Below, piece by piece: positions 18,248 to 28,933 of a stretch of 64,000 nt of DNA (position 1 is its first letter; each line of letters begins with the position of its first letter). Location of the stretch: the IMG/VR virus record IMGVR_UViG_3300044642_000074, positions 1 to 64,000 of that record. The stretch is one strand, 5' to 3'. The notes under the pieces were generated by a model. The model had not been told where the DNA came from, searched no databases, and worked only from the letters and a program-made list of their open reading frames with translations. The stretch comes from a virus. A program made the position numbers and the translations under genes.

Positions 18248-21200
18248 ATGCCTGTAACAGGTCTACGAGGACGACAAATACGTGACGGTGATGTACTAAG
18301 GGCTGACTTAAATACGTCAACCTCTGGCTCAGCCGTCATTACCAAGATTATAGCTGGTACTAATATATCTATTAGTTCCACTGGTGTAGATGCTGGTACT
18401 GGCGATGTTACTATTTCTGCAACTGGAACTGGTCTTAATGGTACAGGTTTTGTACGTATGAGTGGTACAACCGTTTCTTATATTACAGGTACTAGTGCAC
18501 AGTTTGTGAAAGCTAACGGATCACTTGACTCTAACTCATATTTTGCAAATGGAGACTATTTTGCACCAAATGCTTCATTTGGTCAGCGTCCTTTAAGATC
18601 ACAGATTGTAGATAATGTTTTATACCAGGCTGATAGTAGGTTTAGTGTTACCAGAACAGATACCAGTGGAAGAATGGGTAATGCTTTGTTTAATGGAAAC
18701 TATGACCAAACAGCTTTTACAGTAGCAGCTGGTACATCACAAACATTTAATATAAACTTTACAGCTAACGGTAACTCTTCAATTACATATACAGAAGGTG
18801 CTGTTTACCTTCACTTTTATTATACTACTGTACCAGCATCAGTTTCAGGTAGAGTAAAGGATGGTAATTCAACTTGGAGAGATATAACCGGGTGGACCAA
18901 TGTTTCTACCAATGGTAGTTATGCAGTTTGGCGAGGAAACGTTCCTACTTTTAACTACATGACCGATATGGAAATCACCATAACGGCAAACGCTGGTAAT
19001 AACGCAGGTTTAAGCCAGTGGGAATATGTGATGGGCCGTCCGGGTCAGTATGAGTGGGGTGTGATAAGTAAAATGCAGGATAATAACCTGTGGACAAACC
19101 TTACTTTTAGAAATGGTACAAATGCTGCTACTATAAGTTTAGCACCAAGTACAGGAGTTGTTACTGCAGCTTCTTTTGTAAGATCAGGTGGTACTGCTTC
19201 TCAGTTCTTAAAAGCAAACGGTACTATAGATTCTAATACATACCTGACAGGAAACCAGTCTATTACTGTATCTGGTGACGCTTCTGGTTCTGGTGCTACT
19301 GCTATAGCTTTAACACTTGCAACTGTCAACTCTAATATTGGAACGTTTAATAACGTCACCGTCAATGCTAAAGGTTTAGTAACAGCTGCTTCTAACGTTT
19401 CCTACCTTACAGGTAACCAGTCGATCAGTTTGACAGGTGAAGCTACAGGATCTGGAGCCACCTCTATATCAGTGACGCTAACAAACAGTGCAGTGATCGG
19501 TAAACTGCTTACCGGACTGAACATTACCGGTGGTACTGTAGCAGCTACTGATACTATCCTTGCTGCTTTTGGTAAACTCCAAAACCAGGTCAACGGACTA
19601 ACTGGTGGTGTTACTTACCAGGGAACATGGAATGCATCTACTAATACACCGGCACTTGCATCCTCTACCGGTACAAAAGGATTTTACTACGTAGTAAGTG
19701 TAGCAGGAACTACTGCTCTTAATGGTGTATCTTCCTGGAGTCTTGGTGACTGGGCTATCTATAACGGTACAGCCTGGGAAAAAGTAGACAACACAGATGC
19801 TGTTGTTTCTGTAAATGGATTTACCGGTGCCGTGTCTCTTACTACAGCTAACGTTTCTGAAAGCGGAAACTTATATTATACAGATGCTAGAGCTCGTGCA
19901 GCAATTACTCTTACTACAACTGGATCAAGTGGTGCAGCAGCATATTCTGGTGGTACGTTAAACATACCAACCTATACACTAGCTGGATTAGGCGGACAGA
20001 CTGCATTGAACGGTACAGGTTTTGTTAAGATATCTGGTACAACAATAACGTATGATAACAGTACATATGCTTTAAGCAGTCATACTCACTCTTATTTTAT
20101 AGGAACAACAGCAGTACAAACTTCATCTGCTAACCAGGGTCTTACTGGTATAAGCAGTATTGGTTTTGTTGCTGAGGGTTCTGACAGTGCTTCTATATCA
20201 ACTACAATAAGTGGAACTAGCACGTTCTTTGACTTTAACTTAACTGATGATAATAACAACGATGAATGGCGTTGGAGGTTTACTCCTTCTGGAGCAACTG
20301 TTTATAACGCCATGCGTCTTGTACCTGTATCTAACACTGCAGCAAATCTTATAGTTTCAGGTACAATTACTGGGTCTCAGATTATTAGATCTGGTGGAAC
20401 TGCGTCTCAGTTTCTTAAGGCGGATGGTTCTGTTGATTCATCAAGTTACGTACCAACCTCACGCACACTAACAATCAATGGTACTGCGTTTGATTTAAGT
20501 GCGGATAGGTCTTGGACAATTACAGCAACAGGAGGAGTATCTGCTCTTAGTGCAGGCAGTGGCATATCTGTAAGCTCTACTACTGGTGCTATTACTGTTA
20601 CAAACACCGGTTTATTATCTGCTACGGCAGGCTCGGGTATATCTGTAAGTACAACAAGCGGGGTGCTAAATATTTTAAACACTGGTATTCTTTCTAGTAC
20701 GGCTGGTAGTGGTATATCTGTTTCTACAGCTAGCGGTGTATTAAATATTGTTAACACAGGTCTGTTATCTGCAACATCTGGTTCAGGTATAAGTGTATCA
20801 ACGGCTAGTGGCACACTTAACATTGTTAATACAGGCTTATTATCTGCAACAGCAGGAACAGGAATAAGTGTTTCTACTACATCAGGAACATTGAATATAG
20901 TTAATACCATTACTAATACAAATCAACTAACTAATGGTGCAGGATACATAACTGGTATTACATCAGGTATGGTGACTACTGCATTAGGATATACTCCTTA
21001 TAATAGTACTAATCCCAATGGGTATATAACAGCATCTTCAAGCAATACTCTTACAAACAAGAGTGGTAACATTAGCCAGTGGACTAATGACAGCGGTTAT
21101 ATAACTGCAACAAGTTCCACATATACTTATTCAGCAAGTTTAACTCTCTCTACCAGTTGGCAGAATACTGGTGTTACTGCAACACAACTTTCTACTAGTG

Positions 21201-21487
21201 GTGTATACATTGTTACTTGTGCTGTTAATGACTTTGGCGTCGGTGGAGGTCAGTATACAGAAACATACGTGGGTATTATGTATTGGTATGCAGCCGGAAC
21301 AAATAGCAACAATGCTGCAGAAATATCACTACATCATTCCGGTCATGCTGATAATGATAGATATATATATTTAAGAACATGGACTGATACTGGAGGAGCA
21401 ACAGGTAAAATATATCTTCAGATAAAAGGAAACGGTAATAACTCAGCAGCTTCTACTTACTCATTTACATTTAAAAGACTACTATAA
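18248..21487 (+). CDS. long tail fibre protein
   Basis: 1079 aa; VTVNAKGLVTAA, QFLKANG repeats and 25-aa tandem repeats. Confidence 0.8.
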   Translation: MPVTGLRGRQIRDGDVLRADLNTSTSGSAVITKIIAGTNISISSTGVDAGTGDVTISATGTGLNGTGFVRMSGTTVSYITGTSAQFVKANGSLDSNSYFANGDYFAPNASFGQRPLRSQIVDNVLYQADSRFSVTRTDTSGRMGNALFNGNYDQTAFTVAAGTSQTFNINFTANGNSSITYTEGAVYLHFYYTTVPASVSGRVKDGNSTWRDITGWTNVSTNGSYAVWRGNVPTFNYMTDMEITITANAGNNAGLSQWEYVMGRPGQYEWGVISKMQDNNLWTNLTFRNGTNAATISLAPSTGVVTAASFVRSGGTASQFLKANGTIDSNTYLTGNQSITVSGDASGSGATAIALTLATVNSNIGTFNNVTVNAKGLVTAASNVSYLTGNQSISLTGEATGSGATSISVTLTNSAVIGKLLTGLNITGGTVAATDTILAAFGKLQNQVNGLTGGVTYQGTWNASTNTPALASSTGTKGFYYVVSVAGTTALNGVSSWSLGDWAIYNGTAWEKVDNTDAVVSVNGFTGAVSLTTANVSESGNLYYTDARARAAITLTTTGSSGAAAYSGGTLNIPTYTLAGLGGQTALNGTGFVKISGTTITYDNSTYALSSHTHSYFIGTTAVQTSSANQGLTGISSIGFVAEGSDSASISTTISGTSTFFDFNLTDDNNNDEWRWRFTPSGATVYNAMRLVPVSNTAANLIVSGTITGSQIIRSGGTASQFLKADGSVDSSSYVPTSRTLTINGTAFDLSADRSWTITATGGVSALSAGSGISVSSTTGAITVTNTGLLSATAGSGISVSTTSGVLNILNTGILSSTAGSGISVSTASGVLNIVNTGLLSATSGSGISVSTASGTLNIVNTGLLSATAGTGISVSTTSGTLNIVNTITNTNQLTNGAGYITGITSGMVTTALGYTPYNSTNPNGYITASSSNTLTNKSGNISQWTNDSGYITATSSTYTYSASLTLSTSWQNTGVTATQLSTSGVYIVTCAVNDFGVGGGQYTETYVGIMYWYAAGTNSNNAAEISLHHSGHADNDRYIYLRTWTDTGGATGKIYLQIKGNGNNSAASTYSFTFKRLL
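20540..20907 (+). repeat. about five tandem 75-bp (25-aa) repeats in the tail fibre
   Basis: Consensus LLSATAGSGISVSTxSGxLNIVNTG repeated head-to-tail. Confidence 0.85.
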
Positions 21488-21490
21488 CAT

Positions 21491-24400
21491 ATGTCATTTA
21501 GAATAGATCAACTAGCGGTACTTAATCTTGTAACAGTAGGAAACTCTGTTACAGCAGGTTCATTTGTTAGAAGTGGAGGCACAGCTGTTCAGTTTTTAAT
21601 GGCTGATGGTTCAGTATCTACCAATCCAGGTTGGTTAACGAGTATTACATCAAACCAGGTTACGACAGCTTTAGGGTACACTCCTTACAATGCTACTAAT
21701 CCTAATGGATATACTTCTAATACAGGAACTGTGACATCTGTATCTGGTACAGGAACCGTTTCAGGTCTTACGCTTACAGGTACCGTAACAAGCTCTGGTT
21801 CACTCACCCTTGGTGGTACGTTATCAGCAAGTATAGACAATATCACAGATGAGCATCGGTTGTTCAATAACATGGGAGATAATCATGGAACAAGATCATC
21901 CTTTGATGCTACAACACCTTCTTACAATTTTGGTTGGAGATATGTCCAGGGTAATACAAACGGTCCTGGCGTAAACTCTGCTACTCAGTATTATTCTGTA
22001 TATGTTGGTCTTGGTAATGACTATCCTGCAACTGGTGCAGGTTCTTATGGTATGCAACTTGCCATACCTAGAAACGTTACTACTCCATATATATCTGTAC
22101 GGTACAATGAAAATAACGGACTGGGATCTTGGCAGAAAATAGCTGCCGGTTATGCTGATACAGCTGGTGCTCTTACCAGTATGAACATATCCCAATTTAC
22201 CAATAACAGCGGGTATACAACAAACGTAGGAACTGTCACCTCTGTTTCTGGTACAGGTACAGTTAGCGGACTAACACTTAGTGGTACAGTTACTTCTTCA
22301 GGGTCTTTGACTTTGGGTGGGACATTGACGCTAACTAGCGGTCAGGTTACTGGGGCTTTAGGGTATACACCATATAACTCTAGTAATCCTAATGGTTATA
22401 TAACTTCTTCAGGTTCTATTAGTGGATCAGCTGGTTCTGTGGCTTGGACTAATGTAACAGGAAGACCTAGTGCATTAAGTTCATTTACTAATGATATAGT
22501 AGCTAGAACTACCCTTAGTGCTTCTGGTGATTTTCAATTTGGTGGTCAAGATTTAGCTCAGAATAACTTTAGTTTATCGGGTGCTACCACAGACACAGAT
22601 CAGTTTGGTAGATATTATTATTCTGGCACATCAGGGTCTATCTGGTCGAGGTATTTACCGGTTGATAAGACTGGTAGATATAGAATGAGACTTAGATGGA
22701 AAGCTACAGCATCAAACAGTACATATCTTGCTGTGATTCTTTTAGACACCAACGGTAACAATATCAACGGTGCTGGGACATATTGGGCATATCCGTGGAG
22801 CGGGTCTGGAGCACCGACGTCATGGACAACAAGTGAATACTGGTATGATGGATCGTCTTTCCCGTCAAATGCTGCTTATGTAGCTTTTGGTATATCTCAT
22901 ACTAACTATGGTGGCGGGTCTGCAACCTATTATGTATCTCAGCTTGAACTTGAGAGGTATAATGATAAGATAGCTGGTAATACTGTATGGCACGCTGGTA
23001 ATTTAACCAACTTAAACCAACTTTCTAATGGACCAGGGTATATAACTGGCTATACTGAGACGGATACACTTGCTACTGTAACAGGAAGAGGTGCTAGTAC
23101 ATCAACTAATTCAATTTTTACTGGTGGACTACAAGCTAGAAGAAATCAATCTGATAATAACTACACTACAGCAGCATTATGGACTGAGTCTTATGGTGGT
23201 ACTACCACAGGTATTGCATTTCATATTAGCGGAAATGTAGGAAAGTTCTTAGAAATGAGAACTAATGGTGTTCTTTATTGGGAGAATGGTCAAGTGTGGA
23301 CATCAAGTAATCTAACTAATCTAAATCAGTTAAGTAACGGACCAGGATACATTACAGCATCGTATGGAGGCTTTGCTACGAGACAAGATGGAACAAGATT
23401 TACTACTAACTATAACTCCATCTTGTCTTCTGGATTTTTTAATGCAGAAGGACAACCTTCTAATGCACCAAATAGTTATGGTCAGCTTATAGTAGCTAAA
23501 GGTTCAGATACAGGTCTTCAGATAGCAGGTGGCTATAACTCTAACAACCTATATTTTAGAGGATGGGGATACGGCCCAGAAGCAGATGGTTTTTATCCAT
23601 GGAGAACAGTATGGCATAATGGTAACTTGACCAATTTAAACCAATTAACAAACGGGCCAGGATATATCACAAGTTCTTCTTTAGGTGCCTACTTACCACT
23701 TGCAGGTGGTACTATGACCGGTAATATCGGATGGGGTCAAACAGACAGAGGATTAACCTGGGATTTTAATACAGACGGAGCCTACATAAAATTCTTCAAC
23801 ACCGGTAACGGAGATACAGACTCAAGACTTGAGTATGGTACTTATGATGACGGTAATGAATACCACAGATTTATTGTATCTAATGTAGAAAGGTTTACTA
23901 TAAAAGCTGATGGAGCTAGGGTAAGTGGCAATTTAGTATGGCATGCAGGTAACCTTACAAACCTCAACCAACTTAGTAACGGTCCTGGTTATATTACATC
24001 TGCTGCAAACTGGTTTGGAGCTGTTACAACAGGAGGTACTACTGATTGGAACCATGTTACTAATACAAGACCGGGTACAGGCTACACGTTGTTACTTGGG
24101 TCACATTCTAACGGTCCTGGTTCAGGTGAGTACTATCATTCACTTAATCTTGAGTATAGTTCAAAAGACGGTACTGGGAATGTTACTCAAATGGCTATTT
24201 CATATGGTAGTCCAGGGAATAAGCTATACATGCGTGGACGATATGATGGATCTTGGAGTGGATGGAATCAGTTTGTAACAAACAGCGGTACCTGGGGTAT
24301 AAACGTCACAGGTACTTCAGGCTCTATATCTGGATTCAACAATCCAACCACATCAGCCACTGCTAATACCATAGCATATCGTGATGCACAAGGAGATATA

Positions 24401-26512
24401 ACAGTAAGAGAACTTGTAATGAATGTTGGTGTTCAAAATTTTACACCATCGTCAATGGTGGCTATATATCCTACAACTAACCAAGCTGTAAAAGTAACTG
24501 CTTCAGGAGCAAGAGAGTTTTTGAATGTTCCAACAAGAACAGGTGGAGATGCTTCCGGTACATGGGGTATTAATATAAGTGGTATAGCTGCTCGTGCAAC
24601 AAGGGCTAATGGAAACTTTTATATTGATGATAACTATGGTAATACTATAGTTGGTGTATATGCATCTACAAGATATCAAGGTGTTTTTGCAATGGGTGAT
24701 TCTTATAAGTTACCTGGAGATGGTACTAGCACCGGTTCTCTTTATGGTTTAGCATGGTCTCATCCTAACGCTGGTGGTGTAGCCGGAAACTTAAATACAC
24801 ATGGTCTACTTGTAATGGAGAATGGTACGTTCTTAGCCGCTATATCAGGTTCTATAAGAGCAAGAGATGATATGCGTGCTCCTATATTTTATGATTCAAA
24901 CAATACAGGTTATTACTTAGACCCTAACAGCACAAGCTATTTGTACTATATTCAGATGCCACATCTTGGTAACGGTACACCAAATATTAGGGTGAATGAT
25001 AATGCTGCAGAAAACTGGAGAGCTATTCAAGTAGGAAATGGGAACATGGGTATAGGAATTAGTGGCAGTTCAAGAAGTTGGTCTGGTAGAGTTAGTATGG
25101 CGTTTCATGTAGGAGTTTCTGAATCATTTAGGGTACACTCTGATGGCTGGGACTCATTATTTGAAGTATGGGGTTCTACCGGTTATGCCAGAACTAAAGG
25201 TAGTTTAGAAGTTGGTGGTGATGTTTATCTTGGAACTAGAGGTAATTGGATGACTACGTTATTAGATGCTAAAGCAAGCACAGGACACCTTCATGATGAC
25301 CGTTACTTCTTTGATTATGGTTTTACAACAGGATATCCTGGAACTGAAGCAAACGGAATGCCTGGTAACAGATCTGCATTTACTTATTCTAATGGTGCTC
25401 CTTTAACAGGATGTATAGCTCATTTTGGAGCATCTGGTTACGGTATTCAACTTAACGGAGACTATGGTGGAGACTCTTTTTCTATGAGAAGTAGAAATGG
25501 GGACAATGCTACATGGAGACCTTGGAAACGTTTACTTACTGATTATAACTATAACAACTATTCACCAACATTAACTGGAGGTAATGCTTCAGGAACTTGG
25601 GGTATAAGTATTACAGGTAGTGCATCTTCTGCAACATTTTTAAATAATAGCAACTATATTAATAGATGTGGTTCATCTGGAAATGCAAATACTGATTTCC
25701 AAAATACACCAGCTGGTTCAGTAAGACATAACGGTGATGATGCTAATTTATCAAACTCCCCAGGAGGAACTTGGTGGTTTTATGACAATTATAGACACTC
25801 AAATGGTAGTAACTTTTGGGGTACCCAAGTAGCGTGGGGTTGGGAAGATAATGCTAACAGACTAGCTACCAGAAATATTTCTGGAGGAAATTTTGGTGGG
25901 TGGGTTTACTACTTAAACTCAAGTAACTTTAGCAACTGGGCAGTACCTATTGGAGGAGGTTATTTAGATAATATATTTTATTTTAGAACAAACTTAGGTG
26001 GGTATTGTGGTTCTCTTAGCAATGCCAGAATGCAAGCATATTCTGATAGCAATAACTCAGCATTTATATCATTCCATAAGGGAAGTCAGTATGCTGTTAA
26101 TTTGGGATTGGATGCCGACAATGTAATGCGTATTGGTGGCTGGTCTGCTTCTTCTAACAGATGGCAGCTTGATATGTCTGGTAACATGACGGTAGCCGGT
26201 GATGTAACCGCATACTCTGACGCCAGGGTTAAAGAAAATGTGGTAACTGTAGAAGATGCTCTTGATCGTGTACAAAAGATGAGAGGTGTGTTTTACAACC
26301 GCACAGATTCTGATGATAAAAAACGCAAAGTGGGAGTTATAGCTCAAGAGATTATGGAGGTGTTACCAGAAGTAGTTAACCAGGATAATGAGGGTATGTA
26401 CAACGTATCTTATGGGAACGTTGTGGGTGTCCTGATCGAAGCTATCAAGGAACAGCAGTCTCAGATAGAGGACTTAAAGAATCAGATTACAGAACTAAAA
26501 GAAAACAAGTAA
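21491..26512 (+). CDS. receptor-binding tail fibre with C-terminal intramolecular chaperone (peptidase S74-type)
   Basis: 1673 aa; several knob-like modules; C-terminal YSDARVKENV...GVIAQE...EAIKEQQ coiled coil. Confidence 0.88.
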   Translation: MSFRIDQLAVLNLVTVGNSVTAGSFVRSGGTAVQFLMADGSVSTNPGWLTSITSNQVTTALGYTPYNATNPNGYTSNTGTVTSVSGTGTVSGLTLTGTVTSSGSLTLGGTLSASIDNITDEHRLFNNMGDNHGTRSSFDATTPSYNFGWRYVQGNTNGPGVNSATQYYSVYVGLGNDYPATGAGSYGMQLAIPRNVTTPYISVRYNENNGLGSWQKIAAGYADTAGALTSMNISQFTNNSGYTTNVGTVTSVSGTGTVSGLTLSGTVTSSGSLTLGGTLTLTSGQVTGALGYTPYNSSNPNGYITSSGSISGSAGSVAWTNVTGRPSALSSFTNDIVARTTLSASGDFQFGGQDLAQNNFSLSGATTDTDQFGRYYYSGTSGSIWSRYLPVDKTGRYRMRLRWKATASNSTYLAVILLDTNGNNINGAGTYWAYPWSGSGAPTSWTTSEYWYDGSSFPSNAAYVAFGISHTNYGGGSATYYVSQLELERYNDKIAGNTVWHAGNLTNLNQLSNGPGYITGYTETDTLATVTGRGASTSTNSIFTGGLQARRNQSDNNYTTAALWTESYGGTTTGIAFHISGNVGKFLEMRTNGVLYWENGQVWTSSNLTNLNQLSNGPGYITASYGGFATRQDGTRFTTNYNSILSSGFFNAEGQPSNAPNSYGQLIVAKGSDTGLQIAGGYNSNNLYFRGWGYGPEADGFYPWRTVWHNGNLTNLNQLTNGPGYITSSSLGAYLPLAGGTMTGNIGWGQTDRGLTWDFNTDGAYIKFFNTGNGDTDSRLEYGTYDDGNEYHRFIVSNVERFTIKADGARVSGNLVWHAGNLTNLNQLSNGPGYITSAANWFGAVTTGGTTDWNHVTNTRPGTGYTLLLGSHSNGPGSGEYYHSLNLEYSSKDGTGNVTQMAISYGSPGNKLYMRGRYDGSWSGWNQFVTNSGTWGINVTGTSGSISGFNNPTTSATANTIAYRDAQGDITVRELVMNVGVQNFTPSSMVAIYPTTNQAVKVTASGAREFLNVPTRTGGDASGTWGINISGIAARATRANGNFYIDDNYGNTIVGVYASTRYQGVFAMGDSYKLPGDGTSTGSLYGLAWSHPNAGGVAGNLNTHGLLVMENGTFLAAISGSIRARDDMRAPIFYDSNNTGYYLDPNSTSYLYYIQMPHLGNGTPNIRVNDNAAENWRAIQVGNGNMGIGISGSSRSWSGRVSMAFHVGVSESFRVHSDGWDSLFEVWGSTGYARTKGSLEVGGDVYLGTRGNWMTTLLDAKASTGHLHDDRYFFDYGFTTGYPGTEANGMPGNRSAFTYSNGAPLTGCIAHFGASGYGIQLNGDYGGDSFSMRSRNGDNATWRPWKRLLTDYNYNNYSPTLTGGNASGTWGISITGSASSATFLNNSNYINRCGSSGNANTDFQNTPAGSVRHNGDDANLSNSPGGTWWFYDNYRHSNGSNFWGTQVAWGWEDNANRLATRNISGGNFGGWVYYLNSSNFSNWAVPIGGGYLDNIFYFRTNLGGYCGSLSNARMQAYSDSNNSAFISFHKGSQYAVNLGLDADNVMRIGGWSASSNRWQLDMSGNMTVAGDVTAYSDARVKENVVTVEDALDRVQKMRGVFYNRTDSDDKKRKVGVIAQEIMEVLPEVVNQDNEGMYNVSYGNVVGVLIEAIKEQQSQIEDLKNQITELKENK

Positions 26513-26517
26513 GATAT

Positions 26518-27036
26518 ATGGCACTACCAGGTCCTAGCGGTAGTATAAGTATGTCCCAGATCAATACTGAACTGGGAAGATCTTCTACCGCTTCTATATC
26601 ATTAGATACTGCCGAAAACGGAGGCTATGGTGGTATACAGAACTGTTCTCCTCCATACCCGTCATCTGGTAACCCAGCCAGGATGAGTGAGTGGTTTGGA
26701 TATAACCATAACGTCTCCTGTGCGGTAAGCTGTGGTGGTGGGTTTAATACTTACGCCACGCAAATTGATTGTGCTAACTGGAACTACAGACAGGTGAACC
26801 TGGGCGGGTATACATCCGGCACCGTTAGTGTTGGGTGGACCATTTCTAAAGATCCTTCTTTTGGTGCAAACGGACTAAGAGTCTATGTTGTTTATAACGG
26901 CACTACGGTAGCTGACACAGGTAATGTTCAAGTGGGAGCCGGTGAGCCAAACTCAAAGTCTGGTACTTTAACGTTTAGTGCTACAGGTGCTGACAATAAA
27001 TACTTTGTTTACTTTATTGATGCATACTGCTATTAA
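26518..27036 (+). CDS. tail-fibre-associated protein
   Basis: N-terminal MALPGPSGSISMSQINTELG, a motif typical of genes following S74-bearing fibres; Cys-containing beta-rich C-terminus. Confidence 0.6.
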   Translation: MALPGPSGSISMSQINTELGRSSTASISLDTAENGGYGGIQNCSPPYPSSGNPARMSEWFGYNHNVSCAVSCGGGFNTYATQIDCANWNYRQVNLGGYTSGTVSVGWTISKDPSFGANGLRVYVVYNGTTVADTGNVQVGAGEPNSKSGTLTFSATGADNKYFVYFIDAYCY

Positions 27037-27045
27037 TATCATTTT

Positions 27046-27417
27046 ATGCCAGGAACCGTAACCTTATCTTTTGGCTGTGCCGTGGCCGCTTCCACACCAG
27101 TCACCATTAACTACTACACTCCTTTTAACGTAGGGTGCTATAACTATCTTACTTTTGCAGCAGCAAGTAGTGTTGCTGTAAATACGGATGTTAGCGTGAC
27201 CATTAACTGGTATGGTGACTTAGGTGGCTATATGTCAGGTACCGTAATTATCTATAGTGGTACATCTTGTAACACGGCCAGCTTCTATTCCGGTGGAGGT
27301 GTAAACTGTGCGGGTGAAAACGAGACTAGTAACTCAGCTTATGTTTCTCCTTCTGTCTCAGGAAGCCAAACTTACTCTATTGGCAGCCAATACAATATTG
27401 GATACGCTCCTTGTTAA
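27046..27417 (+). CDS. Cys-rich beta-strand hypothetical virion protein
   Basis: 123 aa, Ser/Thr/Gly/Tyr-rich, co-oriented. Confidence 0.6.
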   Translation: MPGTVTLSFGCAVAASTPVTINYYTPFNVGCYNYLTFAAASSVAVNTDVSVTINWYGDLGGYMSGTVIIYSGTSCNTASFYSGGGVNCAGENETSNSAYVSPSVSGSQTYSIGSQYNIGYAPC

Positions 27418-27435
27418 TAACCAAAAACCCATACT

Positions 27436-27666
27436 ATGATAAACTATTATGTAAGACCCGATGGGGCACACGTTAAAGTGGACACCGAAACTAAAACGGT
27501 AGTAAATGTTCTGAACATTCCTACGCAGAAAACAATCTCTCAGATAGTTAATGAGGAGTATTACAACAACATGCTTCCTCAGTTTTCTACTACTTACACA
27601 CCAACAGACGAGGCCACCTATACCGCAGCTTTTGAAGCAGCCAGGACAGCTATTGTCGGAATGTAA
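27436..27666 (+). CDS. hypothetical protein (76 aa)
   Basis: ATG after the AACCAAAAACCC leader. Confidence 0.65.
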   Translation: MINYYVRPDGAHVKVDTETKTVVNVLNIPTQKTISQIVNEEYYNNMLPQFSTTYTPTDEATYTAAFEAARTAIVGM

Positions 27667-27754
27667 GTAGAGATATTCACAGTCTGTTAATATGTCAGTT
27701 CTACAACATGGGTATAGTGTTTGTATATTTGTACGAGATTAATCTAATATACCC

Positions 27755-28273
27755 ATGGAAAAAATTACCCTAAAACTGTTTGAGTTCTACAACCTGGACG
27801 CGGAACTAAACGGTATGACAAACCAGCAAACCGGTGAGAAACTGGCTTCTGGCTTACTCCAGGAAAAATTATCTTTAGTAACCAAGTACTGGCTGTCTGA
27901 CCTGGCTAAGAAAGTAGCCGCTGAGAAAGCTGCTGTGGAAGAGCTTAAAAACGACTTGATCAAAAAGTACGGTAAAGAAGATGAGCGTGGCGGCATCTCT
28001 ATTCCTATGGTTATAGACGATGTGGACGCTGACGGTAACCCTATTAAAGACACTGATGCTGAAGACAATGAAGTCATTCGCAAAAAGCTTAACCCTGACT
28101 TTCAGCAGTTTGAGAAGGAGTTTAACGAGCTTCTGCAAACTGAAAAAGACCTGGAGTACAAGACTATTAAGCTGGAAGACTTTGAGAAAGTAGAGACCGC
28201 TGATAACTATATCACGTTCTTTAAGCTGATTAAAGCTGATGATACCCCTGTGGTACCTATGCCGGCTAAGTAA
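27755..28273 (+). CDS. hypothetical helical protein (possible tail assembly chaperone)
   Basis: 172 aa charged coiled-coil with LIKKYG motif; followed by a terminator. Confidence 0.65.
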   Translation: MEKITLKLFEFYNLDAELNGMTNQQTGEKLASGLLQEKLSLVTKYWLSDLAKKVAAEKAAVEELKNDLIKKYGKEDERGGISIPMVIDDVDADGNPIKDTDAEDNEVIRKKLNPDFQQFEKEFNELLQTEKDLEYKTIKLEDFEKVETADNYITFFKLIKADDTPVVPMPAK

Positions 28274-28303
28274 GCTCTCTCCTGACCCTCCATATATATC
28301 TAG

Positions 28304-28340
28304 AAACCACCTCTCTAAACCGGGGTGGTTTTTTGTTTTT
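28304..28340 (+). terminator. rho-independent terminator
   Basis: AAACCACC...GGTGGTTT followed by TTTGTTTTT. Confidence 0.8.
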
Positions 28341-28354
28341 CTTGTAGAAATTCA

Positions 28355-28372
28355 GTATATTATATTGTAGAC
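28355..28372 (+). promoter_or_regulatory. putative phage late promoter motif
   Basis: GTATATTATATTGTAGAC immediately after the terminator. Confidence 0.55.
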
Positions 28373-28400
28373 TATACAAACTTTAAACTCATTATAAACT

Positions 28401-28910
28401 ATGGCACTTAAAATCACCACTCAGATTGGAACCGATCGCGGGATTACTTCTGAAGCTTATATCCGTATTGCTGACTATCAGATTTCTAAGTCTGGTTCGG
28501 CTAACTTCCGTATTGAAATCTATCAGTCTCAGGCTGACGTTCCTTCTTTATCTAGTGTGATCCCTGGTCCTATGGCTGGGTTAGCTCGTAATCAGCAAAT
28601 TGGTGACAATCTTTGGGTATCACTTACTAAAGAAATTGATGTTACAGTAACTGAGACTCGTCCTACGCCTGTTCAGGTAACTGAAGAAGTAGAAATGCCA
28701 GGTCCTGTTGATGAAGATGGTAATCCAACCACTATTACACAAACTGTAACTCGTACAGAAACCCAATCTCAAGAAGTAGAAATTACCTATAAGCGTACTG
28801 TACCTGACCTTAGCACAGCTGAAGATGTAGACATTTTTGAGTTTGGCTATGGTAAAATTAAAGCCAAGTTGGTTGAGCTTTTCGGAGCTAGCAACGTGGT
28901 TGATTGCTAA
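28401..28910 (+). CDS. hypothetical virion/tail-associated protein
   Basis: 169 aa, first gene after the promoter motif. Confidence 0.65.
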   Translation: MALKITTQIGTDRGITSEAYIRIADYQISKSGSANFRIEIYQSQADVPSLSSVIPGPMAGLARNQQIGDNLWVSLTKEIDVTVTETRPTPVQVTEEVEMPGPVDEDGNPTTITQTVTRTETQSQEVEITYKRTVPDLSTAEDVDIFEFGYGKIKAKLVELFGASNVVDC

Positions 28911-28933
28911 TAACTGATTGATATTCAATACAT

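Noticed and set aside
20540-20907. CRISPR-like array
   Set aside because: Repeats are contiguous in-frame coding repeats without unique spacers
27724-27731. Bacteroidota sigma-70 promoter (TATATTTG)
   Set aside because: The -7 element matches but no TTTG -33 element is at the expected spacing; could be chance or a variant of the phage motif
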